A stretch of 64,000 nucleotides of DNA from a virus, in IMG/VR virus record IMGVR_UViG_3300029911_000024, positions 2,820-66,819 of that record, one strand, 5' to 3'. The notes beneath the pieces were generated by a model, which made no database searches, was not told where the DNA came from, and saw only the letters and a program-made list of their open reading frames with translations. Of this stretch, positions 1 through 8,954 are shown one piece after another. Made by a program: the position numbers and the translations under genes. Position 1 is the stretch's first letter, and the number at the start of each line of letters is the position of its first letter.

Positions 1-683
1 CAGCCCTTGGCGATTGTCTGGTTTATGACGGCTGCCGGGTCATACCCAGCCGTGCGAAGCCGGTCGAGATCAAGAACGCAAAGGCGGCGAGCTTCATCGG
101 TGAATGGAATTTTGTTTTTCTTCTGCATTTGCAGCCGCATTTCGACAAATGCTCCCCAAGGCCCTGCCGGAACCCATTCCGGGATCAAAACTACCACAAC
201 CTTGTCATGACATTTTTTCTTCACGGACACCCCGGCTTCCGAACGAAGTGAGGAATCTTTGTTTTCCTGTTTTCCTGTTTCTTCTTTGTCGCGGTCGTGT
301 CTCGTCGTCGTCGCAGTTTGCGTCTCAACTGTGTCGCGCTTTGAAACGCCTACAACTTGGAAGTGATTGTAATTCTTTATTGAATATACCTGGGATGTGT
401 CGCGGCTGGTGTCGCGGATCATGTCGCGGTTTTCGAGGCGCTTGATAAAGCGATGGGCTTTATCCTTTGACCAATGCCACCGCTCTGCGAGGAAACGAAC
501 CGAGAATGAAAACTCGCCGCGCTCCAGCAGGATGGGACCAGAATTTCCCCTTGTGCGCCCACTTTTCCAGGCGGCGGAACTGACCAGCCAAAGCCACGCC
601 TCGCGCTCGGTAAAAGGCTCGTCGGAGAAATCCGCGTCGTCCCAGATGCCTCGATCAACAGCGAAAACGCTGCGCGCCGTCAT
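1..683 (-). CDS. Phage replication initiator (lambda O-like/replisome organiser), runs off the left edge
   Basis: Not in the ORF track because it has no stop in the window. My translation from ATG 683 (ATGA overlap with upstream stop): MTARSVFAVDRGIWDDADFSDEPFTEREAWLWLVSSAAW...FSVRFLAERWHWSKDKAHRFIKRLE (wHTH-like), S/T-rich linker, then PEWVPAGPWGAFVEMR...GYDPAAVINQTIAKG, a typical initiator C-terminus. Confidence 0.75.
   Translation of the reverse strand, partial: MTARSVFAVDRGIWDDADFSDEPFTEREAWLWLVSSAAWKSGRTRGNSGPILLERGEFSFSVRFLAERWHWSKDKAHRFIKRLENRDMIRDTSRDTSQVYSIKNYNHFQVVGVSKRDTVETQTATTTRHDRDKEETGKQENKDSSLRSEAGVSVKKKCHDKVVVVLIPEWVPAGPWGAFVEMRLQMQKKNKIPFTDEARRLCVLDLDRLRTAGYDPAAVINQTIAKG
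255..432. repeat. Putative replication origin: TGTCGCG iterons plus AT-rich tracts inside the initiator gene
   Basis: TGTCGCG at about 287, 333, 398, 410 and 422; AT-rich 361-390; TTTTCCTGT repeats at 258-285. Confidence 0.55.
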
Positions 684-1222
684 TTGCCGCCCCTATGCGC
701 CGCCATCGTCGCATAGGCCGATTCGATGATGCCATCTGCGACCGAGAAAGGGTCGCTCCATATTTCCGATCCTGTGAAACGGAAAATGTGCAGCCCTGCT
801 GTTTGGAAGTGCCGATCTCGCGCTTTGTCACGCTGCGCCTGCTGGGTGGTTTTTTCATGAAAATCATGCCCGTCACACTCGATAGCGAAATAGGCAGTCC
901 CATGTTCTTCATGCCTAACAGCCAGCACAAAATCAGCAAAATATCGGCCAACGCGGACCTGATAAAGCAGTGAACACCCCATCGGCAGTTTCTCGCTGGA
1001 AACGCGCTTAAGGGTCTCAAAAGGCAAGTTTTTATCGCTGATAAATGCGCCGTGCCGACCGAATACATTGGCCGCGAGCGCGCAACCAAGCGCAGTCTCT
1101 ATCGGCGATGCCTCAAGCCCAGCAAAATTGAGTCTGGCGATCTTCTGGAAAAATCCATCTGCAATGCGCCGACCATATTCATCAGCAGCAAATCGCATAT
1201 ACCGCGCACGGTCGAATGTCAT
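680..1222 (-). CDS. DUF559/Vsr-like PD-(D/E)xK endonuclease
   Basis: ADFVL...AIECDGHDFHEKT..Q..RDKARDR...G..IFRFTGSEI motif; start moved to ATG 1222. Confidence 0.8.
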   Translation of the reverse strand: MTFDRARYMRFAADEYGRRIADGFFQKIARLNFAGLEASPIETALGCALAANVFGRHGAFISDKNLPFETLKRVSSEKLPMGCSLLYQVRVGRYFADFVLAVRHEEHGTAYFAIECDGHDFHEKTTQQAQRDKARDRHFQTAGLHIFRFTGSEIWSDPFSVADGIIESAYATMAAHRGGK

Positions 1223-1425
1223 ATTTCCAGCCCTTTCAAGGAAAACCGGTCGGGCCGGGAGGGGCTTGGTGGCTGCCCGATCCCGACCGTTTCCTACGCC
1301 GTGGGGCGACCGGCCGGTCGCTTGCCACGAGCGCATGACGACATGAGATAGCGACAATGGCCAGACGCTAGGGCTTGTGGCCTAGACCGCATACAAGACA
1401 CTAGGAATCGCCCAACGTGCTGGAA

Positions 1426-1806
1426 TTACTTGCTGCGGTCGTGCGCGCGCCGCATGTGGCGACGGAAAATCCGCTGCGCGACGGTGCCGATTTTCTTGAC
1501 GAGCCTGTTGATCTTTCTGGAAGCACGCTGGCGCTTGGTAAGGGCGATGTTGCGCTGGCGCAGGCGACGCTCCAGGCGCACCGGGCTATTGCCGTGATGC
1601 CAAGGCTTCGCAACCCGCATCAGGATGCGCCGATAGGGCTCGTGCGCCCATTCGTCGATGACGCATGGATGGACCTCTCTGCCGTCGGGATAGCGGTGGG
1701 CGGCCAGCGCAGCGCGCACAGCGGCATCGGTCTCGTTCGCCGACTTCACGCTGCCGTCAAATTTCCTGATGATCGGCCCTGCGATCTTCTGCGCTCGATT
1801 CGGCAT
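1426..1806 (-). CDS. Hypothetical basic protein
   Basis: ORF in the tightly packed minus-strand operon. Confidence 0.5.
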   Translation of the reverse strand: MPNRAQKIAGPIIRKFDGSVKSANETDAAVRAALAAHRYPDGREVHPCVIDEWAHEPYRRILMRVAKPWHHGNSPVRLERRLRQRNIALTKRQRASRKINRLVKKIGTVAQRIFRRHMRRAHDRSK

Positions 1807-1963
1807 ATTTCGTTCCTCGCTTTGCTTGTGGAAGGGTGATTCTCAGTTTGGCAGCGGCCTTGTAGACGAACCCGCGCCCGCAGCCGGTGACGGCCGCGAT
1901 CTTCACGCCCGGCCAGTTCGGGTGGGCGCGGTGAACGGTGGCGATGTCCTGCACGGTAATCAT
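1757..1963 (-). CDS. Small HTH-like protein
   Basis: KIAAVTGCGRGFVYK helix-turn-helix pattern; ATGA overlap with upstream gene. Confidence 0.55.
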   Translation of the reverse strand: MITVQDIATVHRAHPNWPGVKIAAVTGCGRGFVYKAAAKLRITLPQAKRGTKYAESSAEDRRADHQEI

Positions 1964-2577
1964 GCGGATTTGAACTTCCCGACTTCGTTGCCGAGCACAG
2001 TCCAGCCGGGACGCTCGGTGCGCCCAAATAATTCCAGATACGGCCCGGCGACAAGTCGCTCGATGCGGCCATGCACACAGTCTGGCTTGCGGCTGTGCTG
2101 GCGGGCTGGCTCGATGATGCCCATGCGGACGTCAGCCTTGACGCGCCGGGGGCGGCCTCGTGTGGCCAGCAGGCAGACCTCGCTGTTGCTGCGGGTCCAG
2201 TAGCCCATCTTCATGTCGGCCGATTTCGGATCGGGAAATAGGTCGATGGTCGAGACGCTGGCTTTCATCCAGTCAAAACCACAGGTCTTGTAGACGAACC
2301 CGTAGGCCTCGATCAGCGCCAGCGTGTTGAGCAGATGGGGCCATGTCGTCCAGATCAGCATGACGCAATCCGTCTTGGAGACGCGGCTGATGTCTCCAGC
2401 CAGGGCGTGAAGCTGGGGCCATGTCATCGTCGGATAGTGGCGCTCGGCGCTGCGGCCCATGCCCTTTTTCGAGCGCACCACGAATTTCGTCGGCGGGTCG
2501 AGGTACAGAACGCCATATGTGGCGCTCGGCTGGATTTCAAGCTGATGCGCGACGTCGGGACCGGGCGACAGGATCAT
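1960..2577 (-). CDS. MT-A70 family adenine methyltransferase
   Basis: LYLDPPTKF, HYPTM, GYWTRSNSEVCLLATRG, HSRKPD, YLELFGR..RPGW...GNE. Confidence 0.9.
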   Translation of the reverse strand: MILSPGPDVAHQLEIQPSATYGVLYLDPPTKFVVRSKKGMGRSAERHYPTMTWPQLHALAGDISRVSKTDCVMLIWTTWPHLLNTLALIEAYGFVYKTCGFDWMKASVSTIDLFPDPKSADMKMGYWTRSNSEVCLLATRGRPRRVKADVRMGIIEPARQHSRKPDCVHGRIERLVAGPYLELFGRTERPGWTVLGNEVGKFKSA

Positions 2578-3167
2578 GCGGCTTTCTTCCTGCGCTGGAT
2601 CGGCGGCGCGAATAACCCATGCTGCACCGCCCGCTCAATTGTCATTGTCCCAAGCCGATACGCACCGGCCAACATCGCATCTGCGGCATGGTCATCGCAG
2701 ACAAGCCAGCGTCGCGACGTGCAGGCCAGAACAACCGCATCTTTCAAGGCTTTGCGGCGCTTTTCCTTGTCCTTGATCTTGCGGTCGACCTTCACGCCGA
2801 ACTCGGCGCGCACCGTTGGCTCATAGACCTCATAGACCGGGATTTTCCCGCTGGCATAGGCGACGGCATGCGCGACCATGAACAGGCCGAACAGCAGCTT
2901 GATCGGATTGATATTTGGCGTCATGCGATCCAGGCCGCTTTTGGTCTTGAAGGCAAATGCACCGACGAACGGCGTGCAGAGCACGACGCCGTCAGGCCGA
3001 TGTTCCTCGATCAGCGCTTTGATGAAATGACCAGCAGCGTGGCCCAGTTCGCCAAGATCGGTGGCGTTTCCCGGCAGCATGGCCGAGCCGGTGATAGGAG
3101 GACTTCCGCCCCGAACCACCGCGTAACCCGTCGTCAGGCCGAGGTCCAGGGCGAGAAGTTTTGTCAT
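2574..3167 (-). CDS. RuvC-like Holliday junction resolvase
   Basis: N-terminal LLALDLGLTTGYA and C-terminal DHAADA acidic motifs of the RNase H fold. Confidence 0.75.
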   Translation of the reverse strand: MTKLLALDLGLTTGYAVVRGGSPPITGSAMLPGNATDLGELGHAAGHFIKALIEEHRPDGVVLCTPFVGAFAFKTKSGLDRMTPNINPIKLLFGLFMVAHAVAYASGKIPVYEVYEPTVRAEFGVKVDRKIKDKEKRRKALKDAVVLACTSRRWLVCDDHAADAMLAGAYRLGTMTIERAVQHGLFAPPIQRRKKAA

Positions 3168-3751
3168 CAGTGAACGGGGGCTTTGTTTTCGTTTTCGATG
3201 GCCGCGAGTGCCGCTTCAGCAGCACTCTGCTTCGGCGCAGGCTGGACGATTTCAGCCTTGGGCGCGTCGTCGGGAATTTCTATTTCGCCCTGGGCGAGAC
3301 ACCACGCGCCGAACGGGGTGTCCTTGCCGAAGGATTGACCGGCAGCGATCAGCCGGTCCATGTCCTCGCGCTCTTTGGCCTCAAACTCGGCGAACTCGTC
3401 GGCCAGTGATTCCTGCGACTTGGCGATGTTGTAGAACATGCGGGCGATCTTGCGCGATGTGCCGAACTTGCTGGCCATTTCGCCATAGACGCCCTTGATG
3501 TCGGACATGAATGTGGCGTTCTTTTCCGCCTTTTCCTCGAATAGCTTATCGAGGCGGCTTTTGAACCCTTCCAGTTCTTTTTTGGTCGGGATTTTGGTGT
3601 TGTGCCCGATGCCGACATTGTCGCCCGTGACGACGCCGCTCACGGCATCCTTTGCGCCTTTGGCCGCTGCGGCCTTTTTCTTCGCTGGCTTTTTTGCCTT
3701 GGATGCTTTCGGGGCAGATTCCGCAGCCGCCGCCTTTTTCTTCGCTGCCAT
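3167..3751 (-). CDS. GapR/DUF2312-like DNA-binding protein with Ala/Lys-rich N-terminal tail
   Basis: GIGHN...ELEGFKSRLDKLFEEK...SDIKGVYGEM resembles DUF2312; GAGGA RBS before ATG 3751. Confidence 0.65.
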   Translation of the reverse strand: MAAKKKAAAAESAPKASKAKKPAKKKAAAAKGAKDAVSGVVTGDNVGIGHNTKIPTKKELEGFKSRLDKLFEEKAEKNATFMSDIKGVYGEMASKFGTSRKIARMFYNIAKSQESLADEFAEFEAKEREDMDRLIAAGQSFGKDTPFGAWCLAQGEIEIPDDAPKAEIVQPAPKQSAAEAALAAIENENKAPVH

Positions 3752-3861
3752 GTGATCCTCAGATGTTGGGTTGCCCACGAGTCGGGGACAATTTGTCCAT
3801 AGCATCTTGCATGAGGTGCCGGAAGGCCCTTACATCGGGCTATGCACACCATGGGGACAAA

Positions 3862-5169
3862 ATGGCCGAACACCTCCTGCTGATCGACGCCAGTGGCTTC
3901 GCGTACCGAGCCTATTTCGGCGGTATCAAGTTTCCGCGCTACCGTGCGGACGGCATGCCCACCGGCACCGTGATTGCCTTCCTCGAAATGATCCACAGGC
4001 TGGTGGGAGACGCGGCGAGAGACCCCGTCAGCCACATCGCGGCAGTTTTCGACAACCGGGAAGCGCCGACCTTTCGCCACAAGAAATTCCCAGCCTACAA
4101 GGGCAACCGGACCCAGCGGGAGCCCGAACTGTCGATCCAGCTACCGGTGATGCGGGACGCCGCGCGGGCCCTGGGCGTTACCCCCGTCGAGGCTATCGGC
4201 TACGAGGCCGACGATGTCATGGCAACCCTGGCGCGATGGGGTGTCGATGCTGGGCTGCGGGTCACGATTGTCAGCAGCGATAAGGATATGGGCCAGCTTG
4301 TTGAGGATGACCGGATCGAGATCGTGGACGACCGCAAGGGCATCCGGGTTCTGGCCAAGGACGTCGAGACCAAACTGGGCGTGCCGCCGCACCTCGTCGC
4401 CGACCTGCTGGCGCTGGCGGGCGACACCGCCGACAACATTCCGGGCGCTCCAGGGATCGGCGGCGGGATCGCGGCGAAGCTGCTGCGCAAACTGGGATCG
4501 CTCGATGCCATCCTGGCCGAGGCTGCCAAGAAAAGCGGCTACCGGATGACGGGAGCGGCGAAGCTGTCCATCAACGGGCATCGAAAAGAGATCAAACTTT
4601 ACAGGGAGTTGACAGGGCTCGTCGAAGATATTGACTTAAATGTCAACCTCGATGACCTCGTCGCGGTGCCCTATGTCCCCGCCCACCTCAAGGAATTGCT
4701 GCTGGCGCTGGAAGCCCCCGACGCGCTCCGGCGCATCATGGCGGGCGGCCGGATCGGCGGCACATACGAGGTGGTAGAAAAAATCGACACCGCCGATATT
4801 CTGGTATGGCACGCCAAAGCCCTGGCCGAATATCAGGCCAAGTTGGCCCGGCCGTCGCACAAGATCACTCTGCCCGCGCCGCCCGACCCGCAATGCGGCT
4901 GGTACAAGCGCAAGCTGGTGCAGGACGGTCCCTGGGTTCCGGCCCGCATCTGGCGGGAGCACGCGGGCGACAAGCACGCGCTGCTATGCACGGTCGGCGA
5001 CAAGTCGCACAACCCGGCCGACCAATGGGGACGGCTGCTGTCATATCCGATCAGCGAGACGGACTATCAGGCGATGATGACCCGGCGGTCCTGGGTCGCC
5101 CAGCACGCGCCGCTGGAGCCCGAGGCGAACGAGAACAAACCCGTGAATTATTTGACGCTGCCAGTTTAA
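3862..5169 (+). CDS. Pol I-type 5'-3' exonuclease/flap endonuclease fused to an unknown C-terminal domain
   Basis: LLLIDASGFAYRAYF, FRH..FPAYKGNR, YEADDVMATL, SSDKD, LAGDTADNIPGAPGIG (H3TH); no polymerase domain. Confidence 0.9.
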   Translation: MAEHLLLIDASGFAYRAYFGGIKFPRYRADGMPTGTVIAFLEMIHRLVGDAARDPVSHIAAVFDNREAPTFRHKKFPAYKGNRTQREPELSIQLPVMRDAARALGVTPVEAIGYEADDVMATLARWGVDAGLRVTIVSSDKDMGQLVEDDRIEIVDDRKGIRVLAKDVETKLGVPPHLVADLLALAGDTADNIPGAPGIGGGIAAKLLRKLGSLDAILAEAAKKSGYRMTGAAKLSINGHRKEIKLYRELTGLVEDIDLNVNLDDLVAVPYVPAHLKELLLALEAPDALRRIMAGGRIGGTYEVVEKIDTADILVWHAKALAEYQAKLARPSHKITLPAPPDPQCGWYKRKLVQDGPWVPARIWREHAGDKHALLCTVGDKSHNPADQWGRLLSYPISETDYQAMMTRRSWVAQHAPLEPEANENKPVNYLTLPV

Positions 5170-5247
5170 TTTCGAGACCGTCTTGCATCCAGCGCATGAA
5201 AGTGCATCTATCCAAACAGGACATTTCGTCCGCGAGGATAGGACAGC

Positions 5248-6156
5248 ATGACCGAGACAGCGCCAATCGGCCACAATAGCGGCGAGCCTGACGCGCTCCC
5301 AATCCTGCGCCAAGCGCCTGATCTTGAGGCGCATTTGGCCGTCACTTACGCGCCGCTTCTGGCGCGCACCAAGGAATTGCTGGAGAAGGGCCCGGCCAAG
5401 GCCAAGGTCTATGACGACGAGGCTGACAGCGCCGCCACCGAGTTTCTAATGGCGATTCGTGGTGCGATGGAGGAGGCCAAAAAGAAAAAGGGCGAGGAGT
5501 TGGAGCCTTACGCCACGCTGGAAGAAATCATCAGCGCTTTTTTCACCACCAATGTCTGGGAGCCGCTGAAGGCGCTTGGCGCGAAGGTCAATGATGCCAG
5601 CGGCGACTACAAGATGGGCATGGTGCGCGCCGCCAGAATTACCAGCGATGCCGCCGCCGCTGCTGCCGCCGAGATCAAGCGCAAGGCTGACCAGAAGGTG
5701 CGCGATGATGCCGAGGCGGCCCGGCTGCTGGAGGAAAAGGCCAACAGGGCGCGCAAGCCGGAAAACATCGAAAAGCTGACCGCCGCTGCCGAGGAAGCGA
5801 AAAACACGGCCCAGGTCAGCGTGGCCGCCGCCGCCGCCGTGGCTGTCGATCATGCTGAGGCCGTCAGCGAGGCCGCTACACCGGCCGCAGACCTGAGCCG
5901 GTCGCGCGGCAAGCGCGTCGGTGTCTCGTCCCTGCGCACCGCCGTGAAGCCGCTGGACCTGATCGACCGCAAGGCGCTGGCGACCAGCATCACATTGCTG
6001 GCCCCGTATTTCACCGATGCCTCAATCTTGGCGGCTGCCAGGGCTTATGAGAAGGCGAACAAGGCCACCGTTGGTGAACACCTCGACAATGGCACCCAGC
6101 CCATCGCTGGCATCACCTTCGTCGAGGATTACAGCAACGTCGCCCGCAAAACTTAA
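5248..6156 (+). CDS. Coiled-coil protein of the recombination operon
   Basis: PIGHNS N-terminal motif, long Ala/Glu/Lys helical region, directly upstream of recT. Confidence 0.7.
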   Translation: MTETAPIGHNSGEPDALPILRQAPDLEAHLAVTYAPLLARTKELLEKGPAKAKVYDDEADSAATEFLMAIRGAMEEAKKKKGEELEPYATLEEIISAFFTTNVWEPLKALGAKVNDASGDYKMGMVRAARITSDAAAAAAAEIKRKADQKVRDDAEAARLLEEKANRARKPENIEKLTAAAEEAKNTAQVSVAAAAAVAVDHAEAVSEAATPAADLSRSRGKRVGVSSLRTAVKPLDLIDRKALATSITLLAPYFTDASILAAARAYEKANKATVGEHLDNGTQPIAGITFVEDYSNVARKT

Positions 6157-6174
6157 TCCACAGGAGATTTTTCA

Positions 6175-7356
6175 ATGGCCGATACGACCGTCGACGAACG
6201 CCCGCAGCCGCCGCTGGAAGGCGAGGTCGTCACCGAGACCCAGAAGCCCGGCACGGCCGAGCCGCTGGCCCAGGAAGCCCCGAGCATGAAGGGCAAAGGC
6301 TTGATCGCCTGGGAGACCTTCGAGACCGAAATGAACGCGCGGGCCGACCAGATCGCGTCCATGCTGCCGTCCAACGTCAGCCGCGACCGCTTCCTCAATT
6401 CCATCATCGCTGCGGTGAAACAGAACCCGGACCTTCTGTTTTGCGTGCCTCGTACGCTGTTCACCGCCATCGTCAAAAGCGCCCAGGACGGCCTGATTCC
6501 TGACGGCAGTGAAGGGGTGATCCTTCCCTACAACAACAACGTGGCGAAGCGCGGCGAGCCAGACCGCTGGGAACAGCATGCCCAGTGGAACCCGATGGTG
6601 AAGGGCATCCGCAAGCGGGCGCGTGAGATCGACGGCATCCTGATCGACGCCCAGGTCGTCCACATGCAGGATCATTTCCTTTGGGAGCAGGGCGACGAGC
6701 CCAGGATTGAGCACACCCCAGCCAAGCTGGGAACGCCGCGCGGCGTGATGATCGGTTCATATGCCATTTTCAAGCGCGAGGACGGCACCATCCTGGCCCG
6801 CGAAGTGATGGATGCAGAGGCCGTCACCGCTACCAGCGAGCAGTCCAAAAACAAGAATGGCCTCATGTGGACGAAATTCGCCAGTGAGGGCTGGCGGAAG
6901 GCGGTGATCCGGCGCGGCTCCAAGTCGGTCCCGGCGGTCAGCCCGGCGCTGGCCCAGGTCATCAATCGGGATGACGAGAATTTCGACTTCGGCGAGCCCG
7001 CCCGGTTCATCGAGCATGAGAACAAGGCAACCCCGGCAAAGGCCTCCCCCGGCGGGCACGGCAGCGCCTTCAACCGCAGGCCTGCGGCCCAGGCGGCCAA
7101 AACACGGCCCAGCGCCGCCCAGGACGTCCAGCAGGCCGATTCTGGTCAAGAGGCGCAGGATGCGGTCTTTGAGGACGAGACGCCCATGGAGCGCGGCAAG
7201 CGGCTTCTGGCGCTGTGCCAGACCACGAACGATGTCGCCGATCTGCGGGCCAGCATCGCCGAGGAACTGGCCAAGGACGAGATCATGCTGGCGGCCTGGA
7301 ATGCCGCCTGTGACGGCCGGTCTCAGGCTATGACGGCCGTGGCGGTGCGGAAATGA
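6175..7356 (+). CDS. recT: RecT family single-strand annealing protein
   Basis: LPSNVSRDRF, AVKQNPDLLFC, AQDGLIPDG.EG.ILPY, W.KF.SE..RKAVIRR..K..P. Confidence 0.9.
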   Translation: MADTTVDERPQPPLEGEVVTETQKPGTAEPLAQEAPSMKGKGLIAWETFETEMNARADQIASMLPSNVSRDRFLNSIIAAVKQNPDLLFCVPRTLFTAIVKSAQDGLIPDGSEGVILPYNNNVAKRGEPDRWEQHAQWNPMVKGIRKRAREIDGILIDAQVVHMQDHFLWEQGDEPRIEHTPAKLGTPRGVMIGSYAIFKREDGTILAREVMDAEAVTATSEQSKNKNGLMWTKFASEGWRKAVIRRGSKSVPAVSPALAQVINRDDENFDFGEPARFIEHENKATPAKASPGGHGSAFNRRPAAQAAKTRPSAAQDVQQADSGQEAQDAVFEDETPMERGKRLLALCQTTNDVADLRASIAEELAKDEIMLAAWNAACDGRSQAMTAVAVRK

Positions 7357-7610
7357 CCCTTCGCGTCGTCGGCGGGACGGATACCGCCAAACAGACTGCG
7401 GCCGACAAGACCTTCAACGTCAAGGTGGGCCAGCGGCTCCAGACTGCCCGCATCCAGGCTGACCTATCGCAGGATCACGTCGGCGCGTTGCTCAACATCC
7501 ACGGCACCACGGTGAAGCGCCACGAGGACGGAACAGTCCCGCTGACCTGCGTTCGCGCCAAGCGCTTTGCCGAGATCGTCGGGCTCACCATGGTGGACCT
7601 GTTCAAATGA
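7353..7610 (+). CDS. XRE-family HTH transcriptional regulator
   Basis: VGQRLQTARIQADLSQDHVGALLNI..TTVKRHEDG. Confidence 0.8.
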   Translation: MTLRVVGGTDTAKQTAADKTFNVKVGQRLQTARIQADLSQDHVGALLNIHGTTVKRHEDGTVPLTCVRAKRFAEIVGLTMVDLFK

Positions 7611-7837
7611 GCACCGAGATCACTATCAGCCGTCTCAAGTTGACGCTGCTGTGCGTGTGGTCATCAGATTGGACGCTGCACAAGGCCAACGATCTTCTCG
7701 ACGCCGACATCGCCGCCCATAATCACGGCTGGAACGCAGTCTGGGGCCTCAGTTGGGCTGGTATGTATAGCTTGATTGGATTTTGGCTGGTGGGACGCGC
7801 CTTGATCGAGTTCGTGAAGTGGGTGCGCGCGGTATGA
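7607..7837 (+). CDS. Small membrane protein
   Basis: Hydrophobic C-terminal helix; ATGA overlaps on both sides. Confidence 0.55.
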   Translation: MSTEITISRLKLTLLCVWSSDWTLHKANDLLDADIAAHNHGWNAVWGLSWAGMYSLIGFWLVGRALIEFVKWVRAV

Positions 7838-8178
7838 CAAAGCCCGTCACCCGCAAGATGGCCGTCGAGTGCCTGCTGCACCGGTTAGCCACTGACGCCA
7901 TCATCGGCAAAGGCGGCGAGATCATCCTTCCGTGCGGCATCTGCAAAGAGCCGCTTCTGCCGGGACAGGCAATCCAATTCGACCACACCCACGCCGATAC
8001 CCACGGCGGCGCGCACAAATACTGGAACCTGCGTCCGGTACATTACGACCCGTGCCATAAGAAAAAGACCAAGGCCGACGTCCAGGCCAAGGCCAAGGGT
8101 GATCGCATCGCTGGGGTCACAAAAACCAAACCGGCAGCAAAGATTCGCAGCCGCAACAATCTTAGGAGACGGCCATGA
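7834..8178 (+). CDS. HNH endonuclease
   Basis: CGIC...FDH...NLRPVH..CHKKKT. Confidence 0.8.
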   Translation: MTKPVTRKMAVECLLHRLATDAIIGKGGEIILPCGICKEPLLPGQAIQFDHTHADTHGGAHKYWNLRPVHYDPCHKKKTKADVQAKAKGDRIAGVTKTKPAAKIRSRNNLRRRP

Positions 8179-8783
8179 CAGTCACCGAGGCAAACCGGTA
8201 TCCGCTGACGTGGCCCGAGGGCTGGGCACGCACGCCGGATCACATGCGCAAGTCTAGGTCTCAATTCAAAACCACCTTCGACAAGGCCCGCCGTGATCTC
8301 AACACAGAACTCGACCGCCTGGGCGCGAGCAATGTGGTGATCTCCTCCTGGCTGGCGGTGCGCAATGACGGCAATCCATATTCCGATCAGGCCCGCCGCC
8401 GCATCCCCGATCCTGGCGTTGCCGTCTATTTCACCTATCGCGGCAAGCAGATGGTTATGGCGCGCGACGCCTACACCAGCGTGCATGACAACCTGCGCAG
8501 CGTCGGGCTGGCGATCCAGCATCTTCGCGGGCTCGACCGTCACGGCGGCGGCACGATGATGGAGCGGGCTTTCGAGGGCTTTGCCGCGCTGCCATCGCCC
8601 GACAGCTTCGATCCCTGGGCTGTTCTGGGTCTTAGGCCAGACGCGAGCAAGGATGCTGTCGATGCCCAGTTCCGTCATCTATCGAAGAAACATCACCCAG
8701 ATCACGGCGGAAAGTCAGAGGATTTCGACAAGCTGGTCAAGGGTCGCAACATGGCGATCAAGCAGATCGAGGCTCGACCGTGA
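8175..8783 (+). CDS. Phage J-domain (DnaJ-like) protein
   Basis: N-terminal YPLTWPEGWART; C-terminal DPWAVLGL...KKHHPDHGG with HPD motif. Confidence 0.85.
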   Translation: MTVTEANRYPLTWPEGWARTPDHMRKSRSQFKTTFDKARRDLNTELDRLGASNVVISSWLAVRNDGNPYSDQARRRIPDPGVAVYFTYRGKQMVMARDAYTSVHDNLRSVGLAIQHLRGLDRHGGGTMMERAFEGFAALPSPDSFDPWAVLGLRPDASKDAVDAQFRHLSKKHHPDHGGKSEDFDKLVKGRNMAIKQIEARP

Positions 8784-8950
8784 AGCTGGGCGATCTGCGC
8801 TTCGACACGCCCGACAATGCCTGCCTGTCTCTGCGCACGCTGGCGGAATGGGTCAGAACAGGCGAAATTCTGGTCGCCACCGCGTCCCATGTGGTGGCAT
8901 CGCAATCGACACAGATCACCGTTTTTGAGCCCAAGGCAAAAAGGAAATAG
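8780..8950 (+). CDS. Small hypothetical protein (56 aa)
   Basis: My translation MKLGDLRFDTPDNACLSLRTLAEW...; GTGA overlap; fills the gap exactly. Confidence 0.5.
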   Translation: MKLGDLRFDTPDNACLSLRTLAEWVRTGEILVATASHVVASQSTQITVFEPKAKRK

Positions 8951-8954
8951 GACG

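Noticed and set aside
3652-5169. DNA polymerase I
   Set aside because: Only the 5'-3' nuclease domain is present; no 3'-5' exonuclease or polymerase motifs; the first 70 codons of the tracked ORF overlap the divergent gene
5630-5890. GCC trinucleotide runs as tandem repeats
   Set aside because: Explained by poly-Ala codons in a coiled-coil protein
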